Source of the DNA: Gemmatimonadales bacterium
GTDB taxonomy: Bacteria > Gemmatimonadota > Gemmatimonadetes > Gemmatimonadales > GWC2-71-9
DNA: 64,000 bases
Direction: 5' to 3'
Assembly: GCA_050733075.1 (NCBI GenBank)
Contig: JBOHSD010000002.1
Location: 174,649-238,648 of the forward strand
In this document: positions 9,913 to 20,140 of the stretch, in pieces
Numbering within the stretch: position 1 is the stretch's first letter
Layout of the letters: each line of letters starts with the position of its first letter
The notes under the pieces: generated by a model
What the model saw: only the letters and a program-made list of their open reading frames with translations
Database searches by the model: none
What the model was told of the DNA's origin: nothing
Made by a program: the position numbers and the translations under genes

Positions 9913-10104
9913 CTACGATGCGATACCGATCGGAAACAGCACGCAATAGCCCAGGACCAGGATCACCGCGGCCGCGCTGGGATGGCCGGCGCGCAGGGTG
10001 AGGTACCCCGCTACCAACACCATGACCGCCACAGCGAGAATGATCAAGTTGCGTGGCGCCAGTAAAAAGTGCCGCGGTGGAGGAGAAGGGCGAGAATTTG
10101 GCAT
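9913..10104 (-). CDS. small two-TM membrane protein (DUF3098-like pattern)
   Basis: 63 aa with two hydrophobic helices (LIILAVAVMVLVAGYL and AVILVLGYCVLFPIGI). Lies 15 nt downstream of the peptidase gene. Family assignment is from memory only. Confidence 0.4.
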   Translation of the reverse strand: MPNSRPSPPPRHFLLAPRNLIILAVAVMVLVAGYLTLRAGHPSAAAVILVLGYCVLFPIGIAS

Positions 10105-10119
10105 AGACCATGGACGCTA

Positions 10120-11106
10120 TCACCGTTCCTTGCTGGGGTCAAGTTCAGGCGTTTCTGTGAGTTCGGGGGCAATCTCCCAGCCCTGATCGAGGGCGGCTCG
10201 GCGCACCCGGTCCGCCTTGCGCCGCCGCCGCAGCACTGCCCAAAGCACCAGGGCCAGTATGCCCCATCCTCCCCCAGCCAGGAGCCAGGTGGCCAGGCTG
10301 TAGCGCCGGCGAACCGCTCGCCGCCATTCTTCGTCGAATCGATCCACCGTGAGTCCGGTGGTACCGAGTACCGCCGCGTCGAAGTCCTCCCCGGCGGTTA
10401 ACCGCTCCAGGAGCGGGGTGAGCGTGCGGGACGGGTTTCGTCTCGCCAGCTCGGCTACCGCCGAAACCGCCAGCGCGTAGGCGGCGTCGGCCGTGCTCTC
10501 CGAGCCCCGCAGTGCTCCGTCCAGGGCACGGAGATCCGGCACCACACCACGCACTACTGCCAGGTTCAGCTCGAGCGAGCCCAGGCGCTCCCATTCGCCG
10601 GCGGCCCACGCGGCGTATCCCTCGTCGAACCACAATGGCACCCGGACCCGCACCGCCTGGTGTAACGCCAGGTGGGCGAGCTCGTGCCGCAAGGTGGCGT
10701 AGATATCTCCCCGGTCGGCGCGCAGCAGGATTGTTCGTGCACCAGGAACTGCAATGCCGGCACCCCAAGAGGGAGCGCGACCCGAGGTCAGGGAGTCGAG
10801 ATAGCGGCCGTCGGGAACGACGATGAGTCTCAGCGGGCCGGGATCCCGGCGGCCCAGGCCGGGCCACTCGGCAGGGCGGTCGGCACGTGCCGCAAGATCG
10901 CCCGCCAGCTTCATTTGGCCGGGCCAGGCGAGCACGGTCACCTGCCCTACCCTCATCACGGCGGCCTCGCCTTGCAGTGCCGCCAGATTCGATGCGGGGA
11001 GAAACAGCCAGAGAAGCCGAAGCACCAACCTGGGAAACAACGCTACGTGAGGGGACTGCGCGGGACTTCGCCTCCTGCTGAAGCAACGTCCAGCATCTCC
11101 TGGCAC
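10120..11106 (-). CDS. peptidase MA-type zinc metalloprotease with C-terminal TM anchor
   Basis: HELAHLALH (HExxH) followed by WFDEGYAAW (third-ligand Glu), as in gluzincins. C-terminal helix WLLAGGGWGILALVLWAVL. The true start is probably a TTG/GTG near 11040, just after the upstream stop. The ORF-track start overlaps the TPR gene by 64 nt. Confidence 0.65.
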   Translation of the reverse strand: MPGDAGRCFSRRRSPAQSPHVALFPRLVLRLLWLFLPASNLAALQGEAAVMRVGQVTVLAWPGQMKLAGDLAARADRPAEWPGLGRRDPGPLRLIVVPDGRYLDSLTSGRAPSWGAGIAVPGARTILLRADRGDIYATLRHELAHLALHQAVRVRVPLWFDEGYAAWAAGEWERLGSLELNLAVVRGVVPDLRALDGALRGSESTADAAYALAVSAVAELARRNPSRTLTPLLERLTAGEDFDAAVLGTTGLTVDRFDEEWRRAVRRRYSLATWLLAGGGWGILALVLWAVLRRRRKADRVRRAALDQGWEIAPELTETPELDPSKER

Positions 11107-11912
11107 CGTTTGGCCCAGGGGTTGAACTTGTTGGCCTTGTAACCTTCGGTCCAGACCTGTACCGCCTCTTCCCGCGCTCCACCCAGCCAGAGCGCCCGCC
11201 CCAGCTCGAAGTACGCCTCGATCAGATTGGGGCCCAGCTTGAGCGTCTTGCGCAGAAACGTTTGGGCATCCTCGTACATCTCCCGCTCCAGATAGACCAG
11301 CCCCAGGTAATAGTGCGCGTAGAGCGTGGCCTTTCGGTCGTTATCGAGTCGAATGGCCTTGGAGAGATGCTCGATAGCTTCGCCGAAAATCTGCTTCTTG
11401 AGACAAATGTAACCGACATTGATGCGGGCCAGCGCATTGGCCGGCTCCTTCATCAGCACCTTGGAGAAATTACCCAGGGCTTCATCATAGTCTTCGTTGA
11501 GCATCTGGGCCCAGCCCAGCAGAGACGTCGCCTGTACCGCGCCGGGTGAGAGCGCCAGCGCCTTCTCCAGTGCCTGAATGGCGGCCGGATGGTCGCCCAG
11601 CGAGATCAGGCTCCAGCCCTTCTCTATGTAGGTGGAAGCGCCGAGATGGTCGGCGTGCACTGCGGGAGCGGCTCCATTGAACTGGGGTGCCGGGCTGGTG
11701 TCGGCAACGCCGCTCGCCTGCTTGTAGCGCTCGACCAGGCTCCGGATCTCGTCCTTCATCTGCCCGAGGTCGGAGAGGGCCCCGTCCACCCGCTTGAACA
11801 GCGCGATGATATCGCGCTTCACCGCCTCCCGTTCCGCCGGGGCCGTGGCACCGACCCGGCCGGCAAGGTCCTGGAGCTGAGTCCGCATGGCGGTGAGCCA
11901 CTGATCGTTCAT
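11043..11912 (-). CDS. TPR-repeat protein (last TPR gene of the che operon)
   Basis: 289 aa with an N-terminal coiled-coil-like segment followed by TPR units (AIQALEKALALSPG, ALGNFSKVLMKEP, AIEHLSKAIRLDN, AQTFLRKTLKLGP). Its start abuts the cheW stop with zero gap. Confidence 0.75.
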   Translation of the reverse strand: MNDQWLTAMRTQLQDLAGRVGATAPAEREAVKRDIIALFKRVDGALSDLGQMKDEIRSLVERYKQASGVADTSPAPQFNGAAPAVHADHLGASTYIEKGWSLISLGDHPAAIQALEKALALSPGAVQATSLLGWAQMLNEDYDEALGNFSKVLMKEPANALARINVGYICLKKQIFGEAIEHLSKAIRLDNDRKATLYAHYYLGLVYLEREMYEDAQTFLRKTLKLGPNLIEAYFELGRALWLGGAREEAVQVWTEGYKANKFNPWAKRCQEMLDVASAGGEVPRSPLT

Positions 11913-12377
11913 CTACGCGGCCCCGAGGTTGTCCAGCGCCAGCCGCTCGGTAGATGAGAGCAGCTTGCGGGCGTTGAGGATGATGATGGTTCGCCCCGGA
12001 CGGGTGATGATACCCGAGATGTAAGCCGCAGCCAGGCCGCTGACCATGGGTCCGGGTGCCGCGATGGTCGTGGTATCGATCCGCATCACCTCGCGGACCT
12101 CGTCCACCAGCACCGCCACCCGCTGCGCCTCGAGCTCCAGCACCATGACTCGGGTCTCCTCCCGGATGACCGCCTCGACCTCGAACCGCTTGCGGAGGTC
12201 GATGACCGGCACGGCGCCGTCGCCGTAAGGCATCACGCCCTCCAGAAAATGCGGTGCCTTCGGTAGCGGCGAGGGTGCCGCATAGCGCAGAATGCGCTCG
12301 ACCTGGAGGATGTCCAGCGCGAACTCCTGCCGGCCGACCCGGAAGGTCACGACCTGGATATCGTCGCCGGTGTTCAT
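11913..12377 (-). CDS. cheW: CheW coupling protein (copy 3)
   Basis: 154 aa. VVTFRVGRQEFALDILQVERIL ... PHFLEGVMPYGDGAVPVIDLRKRF is a typical CheW fold sequence. Confidence 0.88.
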   Translation of the reverse strand: MNTGDDIQVVTFRVGRQEFALDILQVERILRYAAPSPLPKAPHFLEGVMPYGDGAVPVIDLRKRFEVEAVIREETRVMVLELEAQRVAVLVDEVREVMRIDTTTIAAPGPMVSGLAAAYISGIITRPGRTIIILNARKLLSSTERLALDNLGAA

Positions 12378-12805
12378 GCCGATATGGCCTCCGAGAAGCG
12401 GGAGCTGAGCGCGGCCAGATCCAGAAGCGGGACCAGCCCGTCGGGGTGGCGGGCAACGCCGATGGCCCAGGGAAGGGTTGAGCCGGGAGGGACCGGCAGC
12501 GCGGGCTCCCGGATAAGCACTTCGGCGTCGTCTATCTCGAGACAGACGGGCCGCCCGCCCAGGATCACCACGACAGCGAGATCTCCCACCACCGGCGGAC
12601 AGGCGGCCGCGTCCAGCAGGGCACCGAGATGAACGACCGGGACGAGCCGCCCGTGCAGCGCCACCACTCCACGCACTGCCGGTTCCATCGCCGGCACCGG
12701 GTGTACCCGGCCTATTTGGCTGACCTCGACCACATGGGCCAGCTCCAGCCCCACCCGCCGGCTGCCGGTTCGAACCAGCAGAAATCCGCTCCCAGCGCGA
12801 CTCAT
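12374..12805 (-). CDS. cheW: CheW-like protein (copy 2, divergent)
   Basis: 143 aa. [21 protein letters not shown] ... [21 protein letters not shown] has the CheW pattern. 4-nt overlaps on both sides. Confidence 0.75.
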   Translation of the reverse strand: MSRAGSGFLLVRTGSRRVGLELAHVVEVSQIGRVHPVPAMEPAVRGVVALHGRLVPVVHLGALLDAAACPPVVGDLAVVVILGGRPVCLEIDDAEVLIREPALPVPPGSTLPWAIGVARHPDGLVPLLDLAALSSRFSEAISA

Positions 12806-13899
12806 CGAGGACTCAGCCGGGCCAACTCGGCCGCTACTCGGCCAGCGATTTCACTAACGGGGAGCACATATCGGGCGCCTCCGGCCTGAAAGGCGGCGCC
12901 CGGCATTCCGTAGATGGTGGCGGTCTCGCGGTCCTGCGCGATGCCGATACCGCCCGCATCGTGGATCTGCCGCAAGCCCTCGGCGCCGTCCCTCCCGATG
13001 CCGGTCAAGACCACGCCGATGGCGCGGGCGCCGAAGTGGCGCGCGACGCTGCCGAACAACGGATCCGCGGCCGGACGCACTCCCCACATGGTAGGCTCCT
13101 GGTTGAGGGCCACCCGGGCTCCTTGCGGTCCCGGGACGACGCGCATGTGGAAGTCACCCGGGGCCACATACGCAGTATCGGCCAGGACCGGCATCTCGTC
13201 GCGCGCCTCCACCACTCGGAAACGGCCCTGAGAGGCCAACCGGTCGGCCAGGCTCTGGGTGAACTTGGGAGGCATGTGCTGTACGATGAGCACCGTCGCC
13301 TCGAGCCCCGTAGGCAGATTCGGCACGATCTCGGCGAGCGCGCGAGGACCTCCAGTCGAGGCAGCCATGGCAACGCAGAGCCGCGCCTGACCGGGGGACT
13401 CGATTGGAGCATCCGGAGTCTCCTCGCGCTGGCGCCGTGACGACACCGCTAAACGCTTGACATCAGCCGAGCGGGCGGTTCGGAGCACGCCCAAGAGCCG
13501 TTCGGTGAAGCGAGCGGTGGCCGCTGGACCCCTCTCCTCTTCCTTGGCGACGAGATCTACCGCGCCCAGCTCCAGGGCCCGGATTGCGGCAGCGGCTCCG
13601 GCGCCAACGTGGGCGCTCACCACCACGATCGGGCGGGGGGACTCGGCCATGATGTATCCGATCGCGCCCAGTCCATCGAGCTCCGGCATCTCGAGATCCA
13701 TCAGCACCACGTCGGGCGCGTGGGCCCGCACTTTCCGGAGAGCGTCCATCCCGTCGCGCGCTGTGGCCACCACCCTGAACTCGCCCGATCCATCCACCAC
13801 TTCGGTAAGGAGACGGCGGAAGAACGGGCTATCGTCCACCACCAGCACCCGGCCCGGGTCAGAGCTGCTGAACACCGTGCGCCACCGTAATGACCTCAA
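12802..13899 (-). CDS. cheB: chemotaxis response regulator protein-glutamate methylesterase CheB
   Basis: 365 aa. Receiver domain ([23 protein letters not shown]) plus methylesterase domain ([25 protein letters not shown]). Confidence 0.92.
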   Translation of the reverse strand: MRSLRWRTVFSSSDPGRVLVVDDSPFFRRLLTEVVDGSGEFRVVATARDGMDALRKVRAHAPDVVLMDLEMPELDGLGAIGYIMAESPRPIVVVSAHVGAGAAAAIRALELGAVDLVAKEEERGPAATARFTERLLGVLRTARSADVKRLAVSSRRQREETPDAPIESPGQARLCVAMAASTGGPRALAEIVPNLPTGLEATVLIVQHMPPKFTQSLADRLASQGRFRVVEARDEMPVLADTAYVAPGDFHMRVVPGPQGARVALNQEPTMWGVRPAADPLFGSVARHFGARAIGVVLTGIGRDGAEGLRQIHDAGGIGIAQDRETATIYGMPGAAFQAGGARYVLPVSEIAGRVAAELARLSPR

Positions 13900-14347
13900 C
13901 CCGCCCGTCGGAGACGCGGAGGCGGACAGTACGTCCGTAATCGCCCCCCACCGCTTCCCCCACGAGGGGAACGCCGTTCGTGCTCAGCACCTGGCGTGCC
14001 GCCACCAGATTGCGCTCACCCATTTGAACCGTCCCGGGAGGCGCCAGGGCCGAGAACATGCTGGCCCCGCCCGCCAGCCGAGCCGTGATGCGCTCGACCT
14101 GCGCACCCTCGGCGACCATCAGCTCCACCAGACGCGGCACCGCAGACTGGGGGAATTTGGCGGGGTTGCCTCCCCTCCGGCTCAACGCCGGTGACGGGAG
14201 CAGGACGTGCGCCAGGCCGCCCACCCGAGCTTCCGCATCGTACAGCAGAATGGCCACGCAGCTCCCCAGACCGACCGTGACGAGCGTGTCATCGGCCCCG
14301 CCGGTGCGGAGGTCCGCCACTCGCACCAGGACGTCCCGGCCGCTCAC
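13859..14347 (-). CDS. cheD: chemoreceptor glutamine deamidase CheD
   Basis: [30 protein letters not shown] is the CheD catalytic-Cys region. I place the start at GTG 14347-14345, which overlaps the cheR TGA as GTGA. The longer ORF-track start (14527) lies inside cheR. Confidence 0.85.
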   Translation of the reverse strand: MSGRDVLVRVADLRTGGADDTLVTVGLGSCVAILLYDAEARVGGLAHVLLPSPALSRRGGNPAKFPQSAVPRLVELMVAEGAQVERITARLAGGASMFSALAPPGTVQMGERNLVAARQVLSTNGVPLVGEAVGGDYGRTVRLRVSDGRVEVITVAHGVQQL

Positions 14348-15165
14348 GCCGTCCGCCGGTAGACCCGCTCGCGCGGGTCCAACAGGGTGAGCCGCTCGCG
14401 GGCCGGCCCGAACAGCGACTCGACCTTTCCCAGGACCAGAATGCCACCCGGCGCAAGCGCGTCGGCAAAGGCGAGGAACACCCGCTCCTGGGCCGCACGC
14501 CCGAAGTAAATGACGACGTTGCGGCAAAGGATGAGCTGATAGTGCTGCCGGGGCGGCGGCGCGCTGCAGAGATCGAGCACCCGCGGGAAGACCCGGCGGC
14601 GGACCCGCTCTATGACCCTATACCCCGCGCCGTCTTGCTCGAAATACCGGCCGACCAGGTCGGCCGGGAGATCGGCCAGAGCCTCCCTACGGTAGCGACC
14701 GTCCTGCACCCGCTGGAGGCATTCACGGTCGATGTCCGTGGCGTCCACGGTCACCCGCTCCAAGCGGTCGCCCAGGCCCTGGCGGTCCAGGTAATCGGCG
14801 ATCAGCACTGTGAGAGTATAGGGCTCCTCTCCCGAGGAGCAGCCCGCGCTCCAGGCGCGCACCTCGCCGCCGCTCGGGTCGCAGACCTCGTGCAGCAGTT
14901 TGGCGCGGAGCAGGTCCCAGGTCTCGGCGTTGCGATAGAACCTGGTGACGTTGATCGTGATGGCATCTTTGAGCAGCTCGTACTCGGCCGGACTGCGGTC
15001 CAGCAGGGCCTGGTAGTCGGGGTAGGTATGCACGCCGCACGCGCGCATCCTGACCGCTATGCGGCGGCGCAGACACTTGTCCTTGTAGGCATCGAGGCTG
15101 AGCCCGGCCTCTCGCGAGATCTTTCGCGTGAGGTCTGCAAACGCTGCTTCATCCGCGGAGCTCAC
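14344..15165 (-). CDS. cheR: chemotaxis protein methyltransferase CheR
   Basis: 273 aa. NVTRFYRNAETWD and RAWSAGCSSGEEPYTL are SAM-binding CheR signatures. Confidence 0.92.
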   Translation of the reverse strand: MSSADEAAFADLTRKISREAGLSLDAYKDKCLRRRIAVRMRACGVHTYPDYQALLDRSPAEYELLKDAITINVTRFYRNAETWDLLRAKLLHEVCDPSGGEVRAWSAGCSSGEEPYTLTVLIADYLDRQGLGDRLERVTVDATDIDRECLQRVQDGRYRREALADLPADLVGRYFEQDGAGYRVIERVRRRVFPRVLDLCSAPPPRQHYQLILCRNVVIYFGRAAQERVFLAFADALAPGGILVLGKVESLFGPARERLTLLDPRERVYRRTA

Positions 15166-16778
15166 TGGGCCAGGTCCAGCATCTCGAGATTGGCCCGGGC
15201 CAGCTGATGGCCCGGATTGAGCGAGGTGGCCTGGGCCCAGCTTTCCCGGGCTCGCGTGTGATCCCTCTTCTTGTAGGCGATGTTGCCCAGCTTGAAATAC
15301 AGATCGTCGCCCAGCTCCGGGTTGAGCTTGGCCGCTCGCTCGTAGGCTTCCGCCGCCTCTTCGTAACGCCCGTTCCGGTAGAGGATGTCCGCCAGGTTTT
15401 TGGAGACCTGGGGCAAGGTGGGGTCCTCGGACAGTGCGGTGCGAAGCATGGCCTCGGCGGCCTCGATATCGCCGGCCAACTCCAGCAGCACCGCCAGGTT
15501 GTTCTGCAACACCGCGTTGTTGGGAAAGGCGGCCACTCCCTCCCGGGCTGACTTCAGCGCCCCTTCGGCATCGTCCAATCCCGCGCTGGCCAGGCTGGCG
15601 GCCCAGTACCAGAGTGCAGGCCTGGGCTTGCCGTTGAGCAGCTCGCAGGCGCGGGTCAGACGCGCCAGCGCCACCTTGTGATCGCCCCGCTTCAAGGCAA
15701 CGATGCTCCAGCCCAACATGATGCGGGCGTCGTCGCGCGCCCGTCCGGCAGCGTCGCCGTACGCGGCTTCGGCCTCATCCAGCCGGCCAAGCTGCTCCAG
15801 AGCAAACCCGAGATTGTGCAGCGCCGCCGGCTTGGGGACGCCCGAATCCGACGCCTGGCGCAGCGCCCCGGCAGCCTCGTCCCACCGCGCCTGCCGGATA
15901 GCGATGAGTCCCAGAAACAGCGGCGCGCTGCTGTCGGAGGGCCGCAGATCCGTCACCCGGCGGAACTCGCGCAGCGCTTCCTCCAGCATCCCCGCCTTGT
16001 AAAAGGCTATCCCCAGGTTGCGGTGTTCTTCCACCCGGCTGTCGTTGGCCTTGGGTGCGGCGGCAGTGGACGTGCCCACCCGGTGGGCAAACCCTGCCGT
16101 GATGAGGCCGTACAACGCCTTGCCCACCTCGAACTCGACCAGCCCTGATTCCTCGATGAGCTGCTGGACGTCGCGGGTGCCGTCGATCAGCGGCAGGAGC
16201 CGCTGCTGCTCGGACGAAAGGGTGGGCGCCGACTGTCCGATGTGATCCTGGTCGACCGAGAAGATCAGATCGAACGAGGGGACCTTCTTCTCTATGAGAC
16301 TCCACTCGTCCACTCGCCGGGCCCCCTCGAGGAGAAGCGCCTCGGGACTGATCCGGACCAGGAAATCCTCGCTCTCCGGCCGGACGCCAGCCTCGAAGTT
16401 GAAGGTTCCCGAGGTCCAGGTGAACAGGTAGTAGACCGCCTCCTCGATCTGAATGCGCATGTACTCCTCGAGCTCGGCGCGGGTCAGCGTTCCCTTGCCG
16501 ACGAGGATCTCCCCCAGCTTGTGCTCCCGATCGTCTTCCTGGGCGGCGATTGCCTGTTGCAGCTGCTCCGCGGTGATGCGGCCCTTGCGGATCAACAGGT
16601 CGCCCAGCCGGTCACGGCGATTGACGATGGAGGCGAACGTGATGAGACCTTCATCCAGATAGATGGTCCCGAAGTTGTGCCGGTCGGCGAGAGCCAGGCA
16701 CCCGGTGCGGCGACCCAGAAAGAGGAGCTGGATCACGTCCGGGAGACTGGCCTCCTTGAGGCTGCCCTTGATGGCCAT
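15162..16778 (-). CDS. PATAN/DUF4388-domain protein with C-terminal TPR repeats
   Basis: Start taken at [30 protein letters not shown] (TGATG junction with the upstream stop at 16778). This N-terminus is the DUF4388/PATAN signature. The C-terminal half has about 8 TPR units. Confidence 0.8.
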   Translation of the reverse strand: MAIKGSLKEASLPDVIQLLFLGRRTGCLALADRHNFGTIYLDEGLITFASIVNRRDRLGDLLIRKGRITAEQLQQAIAAQEDDREHKLGEILVGKGTLTRAELEEYMRIQIEEAVYYLFTWTSGTFNFEAGVRPESEDFLVRISPEALLLEGARRVDEWSLIEKKVPSFDLIFSVDQDHIGQSAPTLSSEQQRLLPLIDGTRDVQQLIEESGLVEFEVGKALYGLITAGFAHRVGTSTAAAPKANDSRVEEHRNLGIAFYKAGMLEEALREFRRVTDLRPSDSSAPLFLGLIAIRQARWDEAAGALRQASDSGVPKPAALHNLGFALEQLGRLDEAEAAYGDAAGRARDDARIMLGWSIVALKRGDHKVALARLTRACELLNGKPRPALWYWAASLASAGLDDAEGALKSAREGVAAFPNNAVLQNNLAVLLELAGDIEAAEAMLRTALSEDPTLPQVSKNLADILYRNGRYEEAAEAYERAAKLNPELGDDLYFKLGNIAYKKRDHTRARESWAQATSLNPGHQLARANLEMLDLAQ

Positions 16779-18727
16779 CAGCGCCACTCCTCGACGATGC
16801 GGTCGCCAACATCGGGCCAGTCCCATACGATCTTTTCGCGGCTTCGGGCACCGCTGGCAGGAGCGACCACCCCACTCGAGCGGGTCGCGGTGGGACGCCG
16901 CGCCGGCCTGGGAGCGGGCGGCTCGAGCACTTCGCGCGCCAGAGCGCCAGAGGGAGTTGCGCCCCGGGACTCGGCCGCGTTCAGCACCCGCTGGAGCAAT
17001 CCATGCACCGCTCTGACCGAATCCGCCGGCCGGGAGCCGAGGTAATCCACCAGTTCCGGGTCCACGGCTCCCAGCTTCGTCTGAAGCAGCCGCTCGAGCA
17101 CGTGATGGCGGATCTCCCGATCCGGTGCCGGCAGGTCCACCACCAGCCCACCTTCCAGGCGGGTGCGGAGCCGGGCCTCGACTCCCTTGAGCTCCGAGAG
17201 CGGCACCGCCGAGCTGAAGGCCATCTGGCGGCCGGACTCCATCAGGTGGTTGAACAGAACGAATAGCTCGTCCTGGGTGCGTTCCTTATCGGTTACCAGG
17301 TGCACATCATCGAGCAAGAAGGCGGAGGCTGACCGGTACCTGGCCCGCCAGACTCCCACCGCGTCCCGACCTATTGCCTCGATGAGCTCGTTGGTGAACT
17401 CGTGGGCACTGAGACATGCCACCGGGCCCTTGCCGGACGAGGCGAGGGCGTTGCCGACCGCATGCAGAAGATGGGTCTTGCCCACGCCGCTCGCCCCCAC
17501 GATCACGAGGGGGTTGTAGCGGCCGGCCGGCTCAGCCAGCACGGTGCGCGCGGCCTGAAGGGCCATCCGGTTTCCAGCAGCCTCGACAAGGTCCTCCAGT
17601 TTCCAGAGCGGCGAGGGGGGCGGCGGCGGGTGGGCACCCTCCCGCGCGCGCCGGGTCAGGGCCTCGGCGCCGGCGATGTCATCGGGATCTCGGAAGGCGG
17701 TGGAGCCAGCCAGGTCCGGAGCCAGCTCCGCGGCCTCGGCTTGCAGAGTCTGGAGCTGCTTGACGTCGGCCTCGAACCGCTGCAGCACCTGCTCGGGATC
17801 GGTTGCCATCTCCTGCTGGAGCAGCGCCTCGATGCGAGTGGTGCGATATCCTTCGCCCTCCCACCGCAGGATGGCGGCGGCGACTTTGGTGCGCCAGGAA
17901 TCCACCTGCTGGGCCACGGTGGCAGAGACCTCGGAGAGGAAATCGCTGAACTCGTCCGGGGTACCCTCGCGTCCGGTCGAGGCATGCGTCTCCGCCGCCT
18001 GCACCTTCTCATTGCCGCCCGCCAGCAGCCGAGCCTGGTCCGGTTGCAGCGGCGTATCGCTCACGGCCTGAAAGGCGACCAGCCGGTTGAGCGCACCCAG
18101 CAGCTCGCGCACGTTGTCGATTGCCAGCGAAGCCACCGCCTCGAGCACGCCCTTGCCGAAGCTCGCCCGCCGTTCCTCCGCCTTCCGCTGCAGGATGGCC
18201 ACCCGAGTCTCATAGTCCGGGGCCGCGACGTCGATCACGAGGCCGCCGGCAAAGCGGCGGATAAGCCGCTCGTCGAGCGCCTCGATATCGGCCGGAGGCC
18301 GGTCGCTGGTGAGCACGATCTGGCGGTTGGCGGTCTGAAGCGTGTCGGTGAGTCGAAGGAGCTCGGCTTGCATCTCCCGGCGGTGGGTGAGGAATTGCAC
18401 GTCGTCCACCAGGAGAAGATCCACATCGATGAATCGCCGGCGATACGCTTCCCCTTGCCCCGCGGCAATGGCGGCGTGGAACGACTCCACGAACTCATCC
18501 AGCGTGAGATACTCGACCGCCAGGCCGGAGTTGATCGCGCGGGCGGCGTGGCCGATTCCCATGAGCAAATGGGTCTTTCCCAGCCCCGGGCGGGCATAGA
18601 TGAACAGCGGGTTGTAGACCGTGCCGGGCGACTCCGCCACCGCCTTGGCCGCGGTGAACGCCAGCCGGTTCGCCGCGCCGACAACCAGGGTGTCGAAGCG
18701 GTAGAGCGGGTTCAGTGTGGCGGTCAT
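16778..18727 (-). CDS. tandem DnaA/Hda-like AAA+ ATPase (two domain-III modules, no DnaA domains I or IV)
   Basis: Module 1: [12 protein letters not shown] (Walker A), [10 protein letters not shown] (Walker B), [31 protein letters not shown] (box VII). Module 2: [53 protein letters not shown]. There is no RDHTTV-type DNA-binding signature. ATGA overlap with the mglA stop. Confidence 0.85.
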   Translation of the reverse strand: MTATLNPLYRFDTLVVGAANRLAFTAAKAVAESPGTVYNPLFIYARPGLGKTHLLMGIGHAARAINSGLAVEYLTLDEFVESFHAAIAAGQGEAYRRRFIDVDLLLVDDVQFLTHRREMQAELLRLTDTLQTANRQIVLTSDRPPADIEALDERLIRRFAGGLVIDVAAPDYETRVAILQRKAEERRASFGKGVLEAVASLAIDNVRELLGALNRLVAFQAVSDTPLQPDQARLLAGGNEKVQAAETHASTGREGTPDEFSDFLSEVSATVAQQVDSWRTKVAAAILRWEGEGYRTTRIEALLQQEMATDPEQVLQRFEADVKQLQTLQAEAAELAPDLAGSTAFRDPDDIAGAEALTRRAREGAHPPPPPSPLWKLEDLVEAAGNRMALQAARTVLAEPAGRYNPLVIVGASGVGKTHLLHAVGNALASSGKGPVACLSAHEFTNELIEAIGRDAVGVWRARYRSASAFLLDDVHLVTDKERTQDELFVLFNHLMESGRQMAFSSAVPLSELKGVEARLRTRLEGGLVVDLPAPDREIRHHVLERLLQTKLGAVDPELVDYLGSRPADSVRAVHGLLQRVLNAAESRGATPSGALAREVLEPPAPRPARRPTATRSSGVVAPASGARSREKIVWDWPDVGDRIVEEWR

Positions 18728-19326
18728 GCGGCCGGGCTCCCCAGGGCCAACTTCTTCAGGACCAGCTCGGACACACCTTTCAGGGTCTCGAACACTCCGG
18801 TCCCATGAAGAGCATCCGCCGAGAAGCTTTGGACCGCACGGAAGTTCAGCGCATCATCCATCTCGTCCTGAGTGAGGATCAGATCGCGAGGCAGGTCCTG
18901 TTTGTTGTACTGTAAGACCACCGGCAGCTGGCGAATGTCCACCCCCTGCCCCAGAAGATTGTCCTGCAGGTTCTGGAGGCTCTCCAGGTTGTCGTCGAAC
19001 CGCCGGGCCTGGCTGTCGGCAACGAAGACCACACCATCGGCACCCTGGAGCACCAGCTTGCGGGTAGCGTTGTAGTAGCTCTGACCGGGGACGGTGTAGA
19101 GCTGAAACCTGGTAGTGAAGCCTGAGATCGTTCCCAGCTCGAGGGGCAGAAAATCGAAGAAGAGGGTCCGGTCCGTCTGGGTAGCCAGCGACACCATGCG
19201 GCCCCGGCGAACCTCGGGCACGCGGCCGTAAACGTATTGCAAGTTCGTCGTCTTGCCGGACCGCCCCGGTCCGTAATAGACGATCTTGCAGGTGATCTCA
19301 CGCGCGGTGAAGTTGACGAGGGACAT
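18724..19326 (-). CDS. mglA: Ras-like polarity GTPase MglA
   Basis: 200 aa. [52 protein letters not shown]. Collinear with my recollection of Myxococcus MglA over its whole length. Confidence 0.93.
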   Translation of the reverse strand: MSLVNFTAREITCKIVYYGPGRSGKTTNLQYVYGRVPEVRRGRMVSLATQTDRTLFFDFLPLELGTISGFTTRFQLYTVPGQSYYNATRKLVLQGADGVVFVADSQARRFDDNLESLQNLQDNLLGQGVDIRQLPVVLQYNKQDLPRDLILTQDEMDDALNFRAVQSFSADALHGTGVFETLKGVSELVLKKLALGSPAA

Positions 19327-19331
19327 TCCAG

Positions 19332-19793
19332 TTACCGTCCGAAAAGCTCTTTGAGGCTCGCATCGAGCTCGTGCTCGAAGTTCTCCGCCACCAGCGGCGG
19401 CGACGGCCGTTCCCGGGGCGCCGCGCCCACCAGCTCCTCCACCATCTGGTCAAAGAAGAGCTGCACGAGACCGACCGAGGTTTCCGGCCCGAAGACGACG
19501 AGACCGATCCACCGGCCGCGGGGAGTGCCGAAGGCCGACAGCATGCAGCTCTGCCGGTTGCCGCCGTGCACCAGGGCCCCAAACCGGGGTGCGCCCATGA
19601 TTCGGGCCAGCTCCTCGGTCGACGCTACGATGGCCGAGCCCAGCGCGGCCGCCGTCATCACCTCGAAGGAGCGGGCGAATCCGTGCTGGGCGACCACCTG
19701 ACCCGAAGTGGTCATCAGCAGGATCAACCGGGCTGAAGACTCGGTGAGGAAGGTCTCCAGCGGTCCCAGCACCCAGGGCTCGAGCGCGCGCAT
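19332..19793 (-). CDS. mglB: MglB-like Roadblock/LC7 protein (putative MglA GAP)
   Basis: 153 aa. Roadblock-type core ([18 protein letters not shown]) with an acidic or helical C-terminal tail. Lies immediately upstream of mglA (5-nt gap). Confidence 0.82.
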   Translation of the reverse strand: MRALEPWVLGPLETFLTESSARLILLMTTSGQVVAQHGFARSFEVMTAAALGSAIVASTEELARIMGAPRFGALVHGGNRQSCMLSAFGTPRGRWIGLVVFGPETSVGLVQLFFDQMVEELVGAAPRERPSPPLVAENFEHELDASLKELFGR

Positions 19794-20140
19794 CAGGCGA
19801 GGCGGCCGATGGCATCGAGCATCTCCAGACGGGCGAGCCCCAGATTGGCATCCAGCCCCACCAACGCCACCAGCACGAGATCGTTGGTCCCTGGTGCCGC
19901 GAGCACCGACCCCGCATTGCCCCGCAGGTGCACGAAGGTGGGGATCTGCATCCCCGCCCCGAGGGTGGCACGGACCAGCCGTTGAATCAGATTGGCGGCC
20001 AGGGCGGCGATCGCCCGACCATCGATCCCATCCATCAGCCGTTCCGCGACCACCAGGCCGTCGCCGGCTGAGATCAGCAGCGAGCCCCGGACTCCCGCTA
20101 CCTGGGTTACCCGCTCGAGCGCGACGTGTGCGGCGCTCAT
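19793..20140 (-). CDS. Roadblock/LC7-domain protein (MglC-like paralog)
   Basis: VAGVRGSLLISAGDGLVVAE ... LVLVALVGLDANLGLARLEM has the Roadblock pattern. Start set at the second ATG, which forms an ATGA overlap with the upstream stop (20137-20140). Confidence 0.72.
   Translation of the reverse strand: MSAAHVALERVTQVAGVRGSLLISAGDGLVVAERLMDGIDGRAIAALAANLIQRLVRATLGAGMQIPTFVHLRGNAGSVLAAPGTNDLVLVALVGLDANLGLARLEMLDAIGRLA

Noticed and set aside
10145-11182. 345-aa alternative-frame minus ORF over the peptidase gene (and 21303-22196 over the PATAN gene)
   Set aside because: These are frame-shifted shadows rich in R/G/P. The competing frames carry HExxH and DUF4388 motifs.
17402-18808. 468-aa plus-strand ORF opposite the DnaA-like gene
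   Set aside because: Same reasoning: it is a GC-rich antisense frame without motifs, while the minus-strand frame carries two full AAA+ motif sets.
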